DNA from: Fistulifera solaris
Taxonomy: Eukaryota
Length of the DNA: 64,000 bases
Direction: 5' to 3'
Assembly: GCA_030295235.1 (NCBI GenBank)
Contig: AP026144.1
Span: forward strand, 248,001-312,000
The notes under the pieces are model-generated. The model saw only the letters and a list, made by a program, of their open reading frames with translations, had not been told where the DNA came from and made no database searches. This document shows positions 12,579 to 25,545 of the stretch, in pieces (the stretch's first letter is position 1; each line of letters begins with the position of its first letter). The translations under genes were made by a program, and so were the position numbers.

Positions 12579-14480
12579 ATGCAGAATCATATTTGCGCAT
12601 TCATTCTGCTCCAATTCAAAGTGCTTTTATGTACGGGACTTTTAATGCCACTTTCGTCTCATCCTCATTCCTGTAAGGACCATCTTCGAAGATTCAGAGC
12701 AAACAGGTTGGTCTCCCATCTAAGAAACTCACCGATAGAGAATTCGTTATTGTTTTCGTCTGCTCCCGACGATACCGTGAATGATACGGGTTCACTTCAA
12801 CACTCGCGAAGGGAGAGGATCCGGCAAAATGTATCGCGGGGATTGCAATTCGTCAAGCAAAAGACGACCGCGGCAAAAAACGAGGCACTCAGAAAGTTGA
12901 AATCCCATGAAAACGACTATCCTTTTCTGACCGGGAAATTCAACAAAGCATGGACACCTGTTCTTGCTGCATTGATACTTGGCTATCGATTCGGAGCACG
13001 CACGCGCAAAATCGTAACCGACACCTCTGGAACAGTCATTCGACGACGACCTTTCGTGTCGCAAATTGCCTTGACGATCTTTGTTATTCGAGAAATGTGG
13101 CGTGCCATTCCACCTTGGATGAAAAAACAACTTCCAATAGTTCGGAAACAAAGCGCGGTACCAGGATTGGAAGCCGTTGTCGACGAGAGTGATCTTTCCT
13201 CCATCCCTGTTCTCATGGGTCGACTCCAGACACTTCTCAAGGCCAGTACCGCCAAATTATCATCACCGTTATCTGCGGGAGAAATTCAAACGTCGTTTCT
13301 GACCCTACTTCGACTCAGTGCACAAATGAAGGTACAAGATCCTTACGAACGAGACATGGTTTACGAGGACTCGGGAACGTTATTGACCGCCGACGAACGT
13401 GCACAATTCACCGACATTGAAGAGACTTTTGAATTAGCAGATATTGCGTACAACGAACTTCCGTTTGATCAAGAATTGCGAGATGTGCTGGGAGCTCGCA
13501 ATTATAGTTTAGTGAGACACGAACCTCTATCTCTTCCGGGAAGTGCGGCTCATTTTGTTGCATTGTCTAACGAGCAAAAGGTGATTGTAATAGGGGTCAA
13601 GGGCACTTCCAACTTTGAAGATTTCTTGACAGATGCTTGCGGTAATGTAGTGAATCACACGTTGTCCGCTCCGTTCATCAATGGCGGCCCAGTTGAAATA
13701 CGCTGTCACGAAGGAGTCTTCGTGGCTGCCTCGCGTCTTTTCAATGATCTCGAACGTCTCGTCGAAGCACTATTCATCCCGACCGGCTACAAGATAACCG
13801 TGACGGGTCACAGTCTAGGAGCTGGTGTTGCTTCGTTACTGGCAATTCTGCTGCGGTCGCGGTTTGCTGACCTCAGAGCAGAGAGTCGACTGAAGGTGAT
13901 TGCGATTGCACCACCTCCTATACTAGACCTTGACGCTTCACTTGCATGCCAGCCATTCACGACAACGCTTGTCAACAACGCTGACATCATACCACGGACC
14001 TCTCTATCGAATCTCATAATTACTATGGAGTTTCTGAAGCTAGTCAACAATAAGCTCGATGAGTCCGGTCTTAAACCAGCTGGTTTGAACACCACGGCGG
14101 CTTTTCTAAAAACTTTTATGGAAGGCATTAACGGTACAATGATAATGTCGCCCCAAGAAATCAAAAATGGATGGAAAACGTCTATAGAATTGGTGGGTCT
14201 TGACGATCCGGATCATCTGTTTGTTCCTGGACGCGTCCTTCATATGTACGATTTGTGGTCCAAGCCTGGATACGGACTCACCCACAACAGTTCTTTCCCC
14301 GAACCGGCGGATGGTCTTCTTCTTGATTCTATCATTCATCCAGCGGAACGCGTTCTAGTAACAGATGGTACATCACCTGTGCTAAGAACAATTGAAATGG
14401 ACGGAAGAATGCTTTCCGACCATATGGCTCCGGCCTACCGTAGTAGTATTCGCACCCTGTTTGGTGCGAAGTCTGACTGA
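12579..14480 (+). CDS. Class 3 lipase (diacylglycerol-lipase-like)
   Basis: VIGVKGTSNFEDFLTD, HEG, TGHSLGAG nucleophile elbow, NNADIIPR and C-terminal SDH. The ATG at 12579 begins a signal-peptide-like segment. Confidence 0.88.
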   Translation: MQNHICAFILLQFKVLLCTGLLMPLSSHPHSCKDHLRRFRANRLVSHLRNSPIENSLLFSSAPDDTVNDTGSLQHSRRERIRQNVSRGLQFVKQKTTAAKNEALRKLKSHENDYPFLTGKFNKAWTPVLAALILGYRFGARTRKIVTDTSGTVIRRRPFVSQIALTIFVIREMWRAIPPWMKKQLPIVRKQSAVPGLEAVVDESDLSSIPVLMGRLQTLLKASTAKLSSPLSAGEIQTSFLTLLRLSAQMKVQDPYERDMVYEDSGTLLTADERAQFTDIEETFELADIAYNELPFDQELRDVLGARNYSLVRHEPLSLPGSAAHFVALSNEQKVIVIGVKGTSNFEDFLTDACGNVVNHTLSAPFINGGPVEIRCHEGVFVAASRLFNDLERLVEALFIPTGYKITVTGHSLGAGVASLLAILLRSRFADLRAESRLKVIAIAPPPILDLDASLACQPFTTTLVNNADIIPRTSLSNLIITMEFLKLVNNKLDESGLKPAGLNTTAAFLKTFMEGINGTMIMSPQEIKNGWKTSIELVGLDDPDHLFVPGRVLHMYDLWSKPGYGLTHNSSFPEPADGLLLDSIIHPAERVLVTDGTSPVLRTIEMDGRMLSDHMAPAYRSSIRTLFGAKSD

Positions 14481-14660
14481 AACGGATTATACATAGTGTT
14501 GATTATAATTTTACTAAATTTTTTCTTTTACCGACGAAACATAGTTTTCTTTCGAGTACCGGTACGAACAATATGGGGTACCGGTACTGGTACGGTGTAT
14601 GGTACCGGTACATATTCACCTAAGTGTTTCAAACAGGTGCGCCTGTCATGTCGCTTCCGC

Positions 14661-14703
14661 TTCCCGCGCGGAATCAAAAACTCCACCAAGCTGGCGCGGG
14701 AAA
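14661..14703. promoter_or_regulatory. Inverted pair of E2F-like sites upstream of SMC6
   Basis: TTCCCGCGC (14661) and GCGCGGGAAA (14694) resemble the E2F consensus TTTSSCGC, about 110-150 bp before the ATG. Confidence 0.4.
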
Positions 14704-14810
14704 TAAGTGAGAGCAAGTCCGGTCAGTCGCAATAAGCCGCAACCCTCATTCGTTGTGATTGATTTTACCATTATTTTCTCTTGTCATTGCGCGCAACTCC
14801 TTTCGATAGA

Positions 14811-17800
14811 ATGGGGAGAAACTCCAAACGACTCTCTTCGACTACGGGCGACGATGAAGACGAGCAGCGATCATCCAAGCGTCAAAGCTTTGAGCGTGAC
14901 GAGCCGTCGGATGAAGATCAGAGCAATGCCGCTTCGGACGAGAACGATAACTATGGAGATGAGAACGCTAACCCTGAAGCCGAAGAAGAAGAAGAGGATG
15001 TAGAAGACGAACAGTCGTCTACTCCGATGGACCGCGAACGAAGCGATCCTGCCATCAATGCTGGAATTATTAAGAAGGTGTATGTCGAGAACTTTATGTG
15101 TCATCGCAAGTTCACGGTCGACTTCTGCCGCAACGTGAACTTCATTACCGGTCAAAATGGTTCCGGAAAGTCTGCCATTCTTGCTGCGCTCCAAATTTGC
15201 TTAGGAGCCGGTGCCAGAAACACGCATCGCGCCGGTAACCTCAAAGATCTGATTCGAAAGGACGGAGCTGCGAACCAACCCACGGCAGCGATCATCCGCG
15301 TTGCGCTCATGAATGAAGGCTCGGATGCTTACGAGCCTGAGAAGTACGGCAAAACGATCACCGTTGAGCGCACAATTACGAAGAATGGAGGATTCAACGG
15401 TTTCAAGTTGCTGGACGAAAATGGCACCGAGGTTAGTAGGAAGAAGAAGGATCTCCACATGATGCTCGACTATCTGTAAGTAAAAAGTTTCTGTATTTTG
15501 CGTTTTGTTTTTTGCGCGTGTAAATTGATTCTCACTTACAGTTTTACCCGTATCATTTCGCAGAAACATTCAAGTCGAGAATCCTGTGGCTGTGCTTGAT
15601 CAGGAGAACGCAAAGAAATTCCTTTGCGGCAGCGGGGAGGAGAAATTTCAGTTCTTTAAGAAGGCAACCGATTTGGCGCGTATCGATTCGACCTATGCGG
15701 CGACGCAGGATAAATTGGAGGATTTGACTCAGAGTGTTGAACGAATGAATAATACTTTGAGCCAAAAGAAACTCGTGGTTGACGAAGCTAAGCAGAAAGT
15801 GAAACAGCAGAAAGAAATCGACGAGCTTAAATCAAAACTACAGGAAGTCGAAACGATGTATGCGTGGTCGTTTCACAAGGTTGCTGCAAAGGAGCATTGG
15901 GACGCGGAGCAAGTTGTTGCGAAATATGAAGCTAAAGTCAAGGAACGTGAAGACGAATTAGCTGAGTTTGAGAAGGCGTTCAGTCAGAATTCGACAACAG
16001 ATGAAGAAACCAAGCGTAGACGGGTGATGGATGACTTAATTCAACAAGTCCAAGAACTCACAGAACAAAAGCAGCAGCTCGAGTCTCAGTTTAGGCAACA
16101 GATGGTTCCGATCAAACAGCTTGAAAAGGAGAAACAAATGCTTCGAAAAGATCGGAAGGAAATTGAGCAGCAGTTACTCCGTGCCCAGCAACGTCTAAAT
16201 GAGATGCGCAAGCAAATTAGTGAAAGAAGCGGATCGAAAGAGGCGGAGCAGCTGAAAGCTTTGAATGAAGCCGAAAACGAATTGCAACAATTGAAGAAGG
16301 AAAACCCGGAAATTAAGCAAGCTGTGTCCACTTCCTTGCGAGCCTATGAGGAGCTCACGAATCATGTGCGCGATGCAAGTTCCAGAGTCGACACTATTCA
16401 ACGTCAATTAGGCGGTATTGGCGGTCGTCTTCGTAACTTAAATGCCGCGTCGGCAGATTCGCTTTCGATGTTGGGTCCGAATGTCAAGAAAGTGTGTGAT
16501 GCGGTAAGAACGTTATAGTCAGACCATGTTCAATCATCCCTTTCTCACTCTGTTTTTGATGCTATAGATTCAGCGACATGTTTCGTCGGGGAAAATTCAG
16601 AGGTCCGGTGATCGGCCCTATTGCCCATTATATCAAGGTGGCTGCTGGAAAGAGAAGTATGCTGCCATCGCCGAGAAAGCGTTGGGCCGCGGCATGCTGG
16701 ATAGGTTCATCGTTACCACGGACGAAGATCGTCGAATTCTTCAAAACATTCGTAAAGATGCCGGCTGCAAATCTGATTGCGGTATCATTCAAACGAAGAA
16801 CACAGCGAGATTCAGTGTCATGCCATTTCATATCGAAGGTGTTGAAAGAGTTTGTTCTGTGCTGATTGTGGAAAATGATCTGGTGTTTAACACTCTGGTC
16901 GACAACGCCAATATTGACCGAATTGCTCTTTGTGACGATAAAGCTTCCAGCGAGAACCTCTTGTACTACGTGCAAGATGGGCGCGACGCGATTCGCGGTC
17001 CAATTCAAGAAGTGTTTTATCTTCCTAACGGAGGCAAATGGACTGTGAAAGGAGGAAACAAAGCTGATATCCTAGACGGCAAGGCTTTGCGCCAGACACT
17101 CGGTGTAGACAAAAGTGAGCTCATCGCGCAAACTAGAGAGGAAGAAATGCAGCTCAAGAAAGAGCTTCAAGAAGCACGCGCTGAACACAACAAGCTCGAG
17201 CATGAGCACACCGAGCTGCAGCGTCAGTGGAACCAGCACAAGCGTCATCTCCGCACCAACACTGACAACACGGAAAAATTGATCAACGAAATCAGTGAGC
17301 TCAGAGATCAAATTGAAGCTTCAGCCAACATCGAGATAGATACGAATGACCAGGAACAAGAAATCCAGGAGCTGGAGCGCGAGATTGAAGAGCTTGATCA
17401 CAAAGATGGAAATTTTAAAGAGGAGATCAGAAACCTCATGCAAGGTGTCGAAGAGGTCAAAGCCAGTATTAACGAATGCTCCGAACGCATTGACAGTGTC
17501 CTTGAAGAAAGCAAAGCAGCAGAAGAGCACCTGACGCAGTTTTTGCAAAACAGAACTCAGCACGAGGATCAGCTCGAGAGAAAGAGACAAAAGCTGGACA
17601 AGTATCGCGCCGCCGTCGACACAAGCCGTGAAAAAATGGAGTCGCTAAAGAAAGACACTCTCGCTGCTCTACGTCAGGCTAGGCTTCTTACCTTTCAGCA
17701 TCGAAGAGCGAGCCAGAACTTGGAACGTGTGGCTGAGGGAACCGAGGACGTCTCGGACGAGCCATCGGAGGACGATCTTGATTCCATTGAGCCTCCCGAT

Positions 17801-18590
17801 GAGAGCAATATACGAGAACCCGCCCATTATGAAGCTAAGATGAACAAGATGCGGTCCAAGATTGAAAAAGAAAAACAACGGCGAAACATTTCTCGAGACG
17901 ACCGAGCCACAGCTTTCGAAAAGTATCAGCGTGCACTTGATGACTTCTTAAATCAACGCCAACTTGTCGATGAGGTTGAGGCTAAGATTAAGGTTCTCGA
18001 AGACGATTTGAGGAAGCGCATCCACTTGAGAGGCAACATGCAAGAACACCTGGAGAAGTTCACAGACTTGAAATTTAAAGAGCTACTGCGTTTGAACCAT
18101 TTCCAAGGAAGCGTGACATTCGATCACGAGAAAGAGTCGCTTGATCTGCGAGTAAGCAAGAGTTCTGACAAGAAGGCTGTGAGCAAGGACGTGAAGAACT
18201 TGAGGTACGTAAGGCTTGATCGCGTTGAAGTTCGTTTTTCCGAAGCTCGTCTAATTTATTTCTGTCATCTTCTTTAGTGGTGGTGAAAAAGTTACACCCA
18301 GATGTGCCTTATCTTGGCTTTGGGTGAGAAGCTAGAAACGCCTTTCCGTGTTCTGGATGAGTTCGACGTTTTCCTCGATGCGCCGACAAGAAAACTTACC
18401 ATCAAAATGTTGGTTCATTTGGCACTCGAGAAAATGTCCCATCGTCAGTTTATCTTTATCACTCCCCAGGATATCTCGGACATTTCCAGCGATCCACGGC
18501 TCAAGATTCTACGCATGCTTCCCCCCTAAACGTCATGGCGTCGTGGGCGGTCCATCGCAGCAAACTCTTAACTTTTCTCAGGCCTCCTAA
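14811..18590 (+). CDS. SMC6: Structural maintenance of chromosomes protein 6
   Basis: ENFMCH, Walker A GQNGSGKS, long coiled coils, hinge GPVIGPIA, signature LSGGEK formed across intron 3, LDEFDVFLD, QFIFITP. Introns 15476-15563, 16504-16567, 18205-18277; homopolymer frameshifts. Confidence 0.92.
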
Positions 18591-18910
18591 TTTCGCGGAA
18601 CGGTCCACGTTACTTGAGGTAGTCATCACCCACTTCGTGTTTTCAAGGCTAGCTTAGTCTATAATCCTCATCGTCGCTAGTCAACTCGAAAACTTCTCGT
18701 TTTCTTTTCTTTTTTTTTTGCAATCCGTCGTTTCATAGATTTTCCAAGGTACTACGTACCGGTAACCTTAATTACAGGTTTACCTGGTACCGAGACCACC
18801 ATGGAACCGCAACATGAGACGATCACGTTTGCGAACGATTTGCCAAATTCTTCCATTCATTATATTGTTAACATCGATCACTATCTCTTCAATAGTCATA
18901 GCCGGATAAC

Positions 18911-19899
18911 ATGTTGAATTGTTCCAAAAGGAGGCAGTCGGGGCAACCTGCCTGGTATTTCTATTGGACTCGTCCGATCGGGGCGACCGAACATCACTTT
19001 CGATTGTCTTTAACGACGCATCCGCTTTGGGGATGCAAGCATTTTGAAGTAGCTTCTTTGACTTCCGAAATTTCCGCTAGTCGACCTTGCCAGAAACTCG
19101 AGGTGATTATTGCTTACGATGTGAAAAGTCAGCTTCCTCATTTCGTGGCAGAGAACGATTGGGACATGATCTGCACGACACTAGGCACATATCATGGGTC
19201 GAGCCTTGCATCACTCCGCGTCGTGGGTCTGACGCAAGAACAGATGGTGCGGTTGATCGACTCTTGTAAACAAAGAAATAAGACGGGGCTTCAACATTTC
19301 GAAATTACTCTTTCGAAAGAATTTCCGGGGCAAATGCTACAATACTTAAGCCAACATGTTTCCTCTCTGCAAGAGCTCCTTCTGCTCGACCCTGGTAAAA
19401 TGTGCTTTTATTAAGACTCTCTGAGCTGAGACTCTTTATTGAAAGCGCGCAACATATAAAGCTGCTTGTGATCGAGCCGCGAATAGTTGTAACAGCAGCA
19501 GATGACTCCTCGGCAAATCAAGATCTTAATCGTCTCGCTTACACGATACAACAATGCGTTTCATTAGAACACGTAGTACTCTCATTTGCCTGCGTTGGTC
19601 AAAGACCATCGGAAGCTCTTACAATGCCGAAAAGGTTAGCAGACTTAATCAAAGAACCACACGGTGTCACAGGGAGAAAAGAAACTGCGAGTGCAGTTAC
19701 TCGTCGAAATGTGATTTGCCCAAAGATCCTCTCCGCCAGCAAAGATAAGCTCCAATTTGCTCTTGATTGCAACGCCTTTTGTCGTGAGTTGACGAGTGCT
19801 ACGAAGGCGCATGCATGCGGGGACGCGAAAGTGCAGGCTATAGTTGAAGCTGGTTTAAGGGTATTGAAGGACTGGATGAATCAGATCGGATACAACTAA
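18911..19899 (+). CDS. Hypothetical protein, possibly degenerate LRR/RNI-like; frameshifted, start uncertain (perhaps ATG 18801)
   Basis: Overlapping ORFs 18911-19414 and 19402-19899 with LxxLxL-type periodicity (LASLRV, LQHFEI, LQELLL, IKLLVI, LEHVVL). Confidence 0.5.
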
Positions 19900-19990
19900 G
19901 GATTCACGATCGGGTAATATTATTCGGTGATTATCAAGCAGCAATAGACAATGAAAAATAGAGAGTGCGAGCCAGTTACTGATACTAAGT

Positions 19991-22316
19991 TCAAGTTTTA
20001 GGTGCGGGTGGGGTGCAATCAAGGACCACATCCTGTGCTTGCGTGACGATTTCCGCAGTGGTTTTAGTCGATGCGCCAAGCCACATAATCGCCTTTGCGA
20101 TAGTTTGAAGTCTATGTCGCTGGTCGCGAATATTGCGTACAGACCCATCTAAATATACTTGAGAAAGCGTTTCCGGTTCTTGCTTGAGCCATTCCGAACG
20201 CAAGCATTCTTTGGCTGACCATCTTTCTTTCGGGTTGACTACCAGCAACCCCTTCACAAAATCTTTTGCTGGCTGAGAAATGTGGTTCCAATCCTCTTCT
20301 TCGAATTTCCATTCGCCCTTTCGAATCTTTTCAAACAAAACCGATTGATCGTTATCTTTAAAGGGAGGATAGCCGACTAAAAGAATAAATGTGACGACTC
20401 CGATACTCCATAGATCGACTCGAGTGTCGTGCGGTATGTTTTTCAATATCTGACCGACCGATAACGAATGAACAACTCCAATGAGAAAAAAAAATAACAA
20501 ATATATTTGCATTCGGTCAAGAGCTTAGCAAAACGTATCGCGAAATGCGGCATAGACGTACCTCTGGTGCTACGTACGACGGCGTACCGAATCTCGTTGA
20601 GAGACTTTCTGGTGTGTGTACTCGACGGGCAAATCCGAAATCTCCCACCTTCACGTCTGCATTGCTTTGAGGACTTTTCAGTAGAAGATTTTGTGGCTTA
20701 ATATCGCGGTGCGCTATTCCAATTTCGTGCATACTAGAGACCGCCTTCAGCAGAACGACAACAAGATCGCGTGCATCCTTTTCGGTGTATCTGTTCATCA
20801 ATATGATGCGATCGAAGACGTCTCCCCCGGTCATGTTCTCCATTACAAGATAAAAGGCGTCTTTTTCTTCAATAAAATCATGAAGTTGGACCACGTACTT
20901 GTTCCCCTTCAAACTAAGCATCATACTGACTTCATTCAAGACTGTTTCGTCTTCTTTAGGGTCAAGTCCCTTGCGTGCAATTATTTTGACAGCGAATACT
21001 TCTTCTGTTTCTTTGTGAATACATTCCCATACCATCGCGTACGATCCTTTTCGAAGTTTCTTTTGGGTTCATATAGGTCAAGGAATTTTAGTGTCCGTTT
21101 CGGCTTAGCCTTATCAGCATCAGATGATGCAGATCCTTCCTGCGAAGCCACCGTTGGTGCTTCGTTATCGCTTTCATCTTCGATTAAATCTTGTAATTTC
21201 GATTTGAAACCGACTGCATCGGGATCCCAGAAAGGAGCTGCCGTGGCTACTCGAACCGCATGTATGGCAACTTTCCACTTGCTTTTCGGAAGAAAAGCGC
21301 GAATGGCTTCCAAGTTCAAGGACAGATCTCGACTTCGCAACGACTCGGCGTCGCTTTTGACAAACCAGTCGCTCTTGAGCGCCTCCGCTGCACTGAGACG
21401 CGTCTTCGGATTCACGGCGAGAAGATGACTGATCAATCTCTTGGATTCGACGCTTGCATTCTGCCAGTAACTTTCGTGGAAAATAAAGTCAGCCGAGCGT
21501 ATTTTCCGAAACAAATCCTTAAGACTTTTGCCCTGAAAGGGTGGGTACCCTCCGATCAACATGTATAAAAGACATCCTATACTCCACAAATCGCATTTAC
21601 AATCGTAGGGTGCACCAGTGATGACTTCGGGGGCGACATAGGCTGATTACAGTATCATCGAGAGGAAAAGGGGGTCAGATTTTGTTTCACTCAATATCAT
21701 CAACAGCGACGCTTTAACTGTCTCATTTTACCAACCTGGAGTGCCACATTTTGTCGTCAATCTTCCCTCTTCAGGCAGCATCCGTGCAAAGCCAAAATCA
21801 GCGAGCAAAATCTCGCAGTCGTCAATTTTGTTTGCCAGAAGCAAATTCTCCGGCTTGAGATCTCGGTGCACAATCTTACGATCATGCAAAGCTTGAATTG
21901 TCTTGAAAAGACATGTGGCAAGATCTCGAGAATCTTTTTCATTGTAGAGACCGCTGCGCGAGACGGTCAAAGACGTCCCCTCCCGCCGCAAATACTTGCA
22001 CCATGTACAATTTCTCGGGCGAGGCAAAGAAGTCAATCAATTGAACCACATTTTCGACACCCGCCAGTTCTCTCATGATCGCGACTTCCCGAAACACGCT
22101 TTCGTCGTCGTGTTTCTTAAGTTTGGTGCGATCCAGTATTTTGACCGCGTACGTTTTCTCAGCACTCAGTTTGGGATGACATGTGTGCACGACTCCGTAG
22201 GATCCGGATCGCAAGCGCTCATCGAGCTGATACATATCTTCGAATGTCAGGTTGAGACTGGAGGACTCGACGCTGAGTGAAACTCCTGGGGGAATGGGTG
22301 TCGGAATCGATGTCAT
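19991..22316 (-). CDS. CaMK-group protein kinase with two tandem kinase domains
   Basis: Domain 1: GSYGVV, YAVK, HRDLKPEN, DFG, CGTP(intron)YVAPE. Domain 2: FAVK, HRDIKPQN, DFG, GTPSYVAPE, DLWSIG. Introns near 21646-21734 and 20451-20560; frameshifts near 21945 and 21050. Confidence 0.88.
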
Positions 22317-22941
22317 GATGAGACCTCACTCTAGAGGTTAACTCTCTTCCTGTGCAATAATGATGCTTTACGAAAAGGCAAAGTATTGTGTGCAGGAAAT
22401 GATTCTTATTCAATCGGAACCTGGCGGCCCTGTTGTCACATGTTTCGTTCCTTCACACTTCACAGCATCCGCGGATCCGCGAATAATCGAGGTTGACGCG
22501 GGACACGATGACACACTGTTTTCTCGTGTGTACAAGTAGACAGTAACAGTACTGGTACAAGTATGGCTTTGTGTCTACTCCGATCCGTGATTGTGCGTCA
22601 AGATTACGGATAGAGATAGACAGAAAGATGCGGTGGGTACTTTGTATCAAAGAAGTCATTTTGTCGGAGGGCAAAGAATAGAAAATGACTTTATCATCGG
22701 AAAGTCTGCAGCGTTTTGCCTCCAACATTGGCTTGGAGAGGATAGAGAAAGGAATGTCACGGAGTTTTTTTTTCCGTGCCCGGCGAGACACAAGACAATA
22801 ATCGACAAGCACTTGCGAAACAGAAAGGTTTCAGAGAACTAGCGATCGACGACGATTGTTCCTGCAATCGCGATCACTGATTCCTCATCGTGATTGCGAA
22901 CACATCTTCGACACCTTTCCAGACGCTTATTTTTTCAAATC

Positions 22942-24104
22942 ATGGGCCGAGAACCAGACCCCGACTTTGCGGATACGCAAGATAGTAGTTCATTTTCTAA
23001 TCTGAGCGACGCAGATTCGTTTGGGGGAGAGGATAGTGAACCGGAAATTGCACCTGTGCGAGTACCCGGCGATCAACTGTCACTCTCGCTCGATCAAAGT
23101 GCTAGTCAGCATGGTCCTTCTTACAATTCCATGTTGGCTTGGAATAAACGAAGTGACTCGGCGGGTATCGGGGATGATGACGACGACGGCGATGATGATG
23201 AAGATGAAGACGATGAGGAGCCATCCAGCGACGCGGACTTGTCGATTACGAAAAAACAGGCCCGATCACGAGAACCCCCAACTGGTTCAAAGGACAAGAT
23301 ACGTTCTTCGAGTGCTGAGCGAAGTCTGGTGCGCCGTCCGAATAGTTCCACTAGTACGCGAAGCATGACCAAGTCGAGTAGCTCTCGTAAATTGAATGCG
23401 AAGGACTCGGGTGACGAGCTGAGCTCATCGATGCACAAAGGTGTAACCGACCGTCGCATCAAAAGACGTGATGGGGCTGGTGGTGCTTCTGAATTAGCTA
23501 GCACTGTGCACGGAGACGACATTCCGGGCTATTCTCGTGCTCCGTCCCGAAGACCGAATCGCGGAGAACCGAGCCGTACCAAGTCGGGTGATGGCGGCCC
23601 TCCCCCATCCAGTCGGCGATCTTCCAAGGACGAGCTTGGAGCTGCAACACTGCACGGAAAGTCTTCTGTCAGTCGTATACGAAGCAAGGGTCGATCTACT
23701 TTGGAAGAAGGTAAAACGAAAGAGAAGGAAAAGAGTAAACCTGATCGCCGGTCCATGATGAAACGTGCTATGTCGACTACAAACGTAAAACGACCAGAAG
23801 AATACGGTCCTGACGGAAACGGCGCATCCAGTAATGGGCTCCCGTTCGAGTCTCCAACGCCACGCCGCGCGGGTCGTCGACCTCAAAGACCGCCTCGACG
23901 CCAGCTTTTGGATTTACTGCGCGAAAACAAACCTGTGACGGAAAAGGACCTCGCGGACAAGGAAAATCGACAGTTGCTTCACCGACTCATGTACGAGCAC
24001 AAGTTGGGTGTTTCGCTCAAGGATCTGGCGAGAAAGGTCAAAAAGAGACTAAGAATGGGGTCATACCTCCGCCTCCGAAACCTCTTCTTTATGTTGAAGC
24101 ATAA
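22942..24104 (+). CDS. Hypothetical Ser/Arg/Asp-rich, mostly disordered protein
   Basis: Long ORF 22894-24141 with first ATG at 22942; a likely frameshift in the A-run near 24040 restores a ...PPPPKPLLYVEA* end at 24104. Confidence 0.65.
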
Positions 24105-24551
24105 GCTGTGTATTTTGTCTGCAACTTTTCATCTTAAGTAGTGTGTATCTAATTTAGCTTTGTCGCAGAACGAAAACCGGTTTATTAGTGATATGGACCC
24201 CCAAGACTTTTCCACGTAAGGAGTCGACGCTTGCATTACAAAGCTGTTGAAAATTTATCGTTTCATTAGAAAAATAAAGTAGTTACCGAAATTACAGGTT
24301 TGGTAGGTCTAGAGTTTGGATCAAAAGAATGTTGATACTTCGTGACTGATATCTAGTTGTTGTAACAATTAGACTACAAGCTGTGCTTTCGTGAAATACC
24401 GAAGACAATTATCGACGTAAAAATCGAGGAATATGGTGCAAACGTTTCTGAAAGTAAAAACATTTTTGATACGATTAGTCTAATTAAAGCCTAGATATCT
24501 TGCAGAACGAAAGGTTGGACGAAAGCAGTTTATGCCCCGAAGAAAACTAAT

Positions 24552-24797
24552 TCATGACTGACATGCAGTCGTGAAAAAGGTCGCCTTCACATGGGTCTCT
24601 ATGGTAAAACATAACAGACAACGATCCGCGAGGCTTTTCGAGGTATAAACTCGAGATGTGCATCGCAAAGGCTGTTCAAGGTATTATAATCCTTTAAAAG
24701 AGAATCAAGTAGCCTATCAAACTATCAGAACAAATAGTTTTTAACTGGCAATCATAGGCTCGGAAGAATGTCGTTTCATGACTGAAATCCAGTCGTG
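24552..24797. repeat. Second pair of TCATGACT-N7-AGTCGTG palindromes
   Basis: 24552-24574 TCATGACTGACATGCAGTCGTGA followed by AAAAGGTCG, as after the 8483 copy; 24776-24797 TCATGACTGAAATCCAGTCGTG. Confidence 0.7.
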
Positions 24798-25545
24798 GTA
24801 CACTTGGGAGTGTGGTAACCTTAACAAGGATCCGCGAATCCATTCGATTTTTTAATACAAGTGATTGAGGCTGCTGACGGTACTAGAAGTGAATTACGAG
24901 TAAAGTGAAGCTCAACAATGATGAAGAACGAACAGAGATTTGGGATCATTGATCCAGCTCGAAGGATGAACCGTTTTTGTGTCTGATGAAGGCAGAACAC
25001 AAACTCTAATCCAAATCAGAGATGGCAGTCCCCATGCTCATTGCCACAGCGATGACTTGGTTATCCGTATGATCTAGGCAACACCTAGTGAGGGATTAAT
25101 GAATCTGTCATAGGGATAGGACATCAGTACGCTAAACTCACAATTTTTATTTTATTTTAAGGCAGAACGAGATCCAATATAATCCGCAAGTAGATTTCAA
25201 GAGCGGTTTCGGTTCAATGATAAATCTGATTAGATTCTCCTGTAGATTACTAGGTTTAGAGAGCGCCCAAGGGAAGAAACTTAGGAGGTTGAGTTGTAGC
25301 ATGGTGTTGATTAGGTTTCGTCACATTTTCTTGTTGTGTTCGTCGTGACTGCAAAGCCTGGGTCCCTAGTAGTTACTTCGTCGCTTCTTCGTCACGGCAG
25401 CGCACTTTCTGTTGCAAGTTGCAACCGCACAAGCACAGAATGCAAGGACCGTCTTTTATACAATCAAGACGACTGCTAACGACACAACTGACAAGAGAAG
25501 CAAGAAATCGACAAGTTTAAAATTGGAATAGCAACTCTACAAGGC

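Noticed and set aside
20691..21428. 245-aa plus-strand ORF and similar long antisense ORFs (e.g. 59171-59797, 34989-35447)
   Set aside because: Shadows of real genes on the opposite strand with no recognisable motifs.
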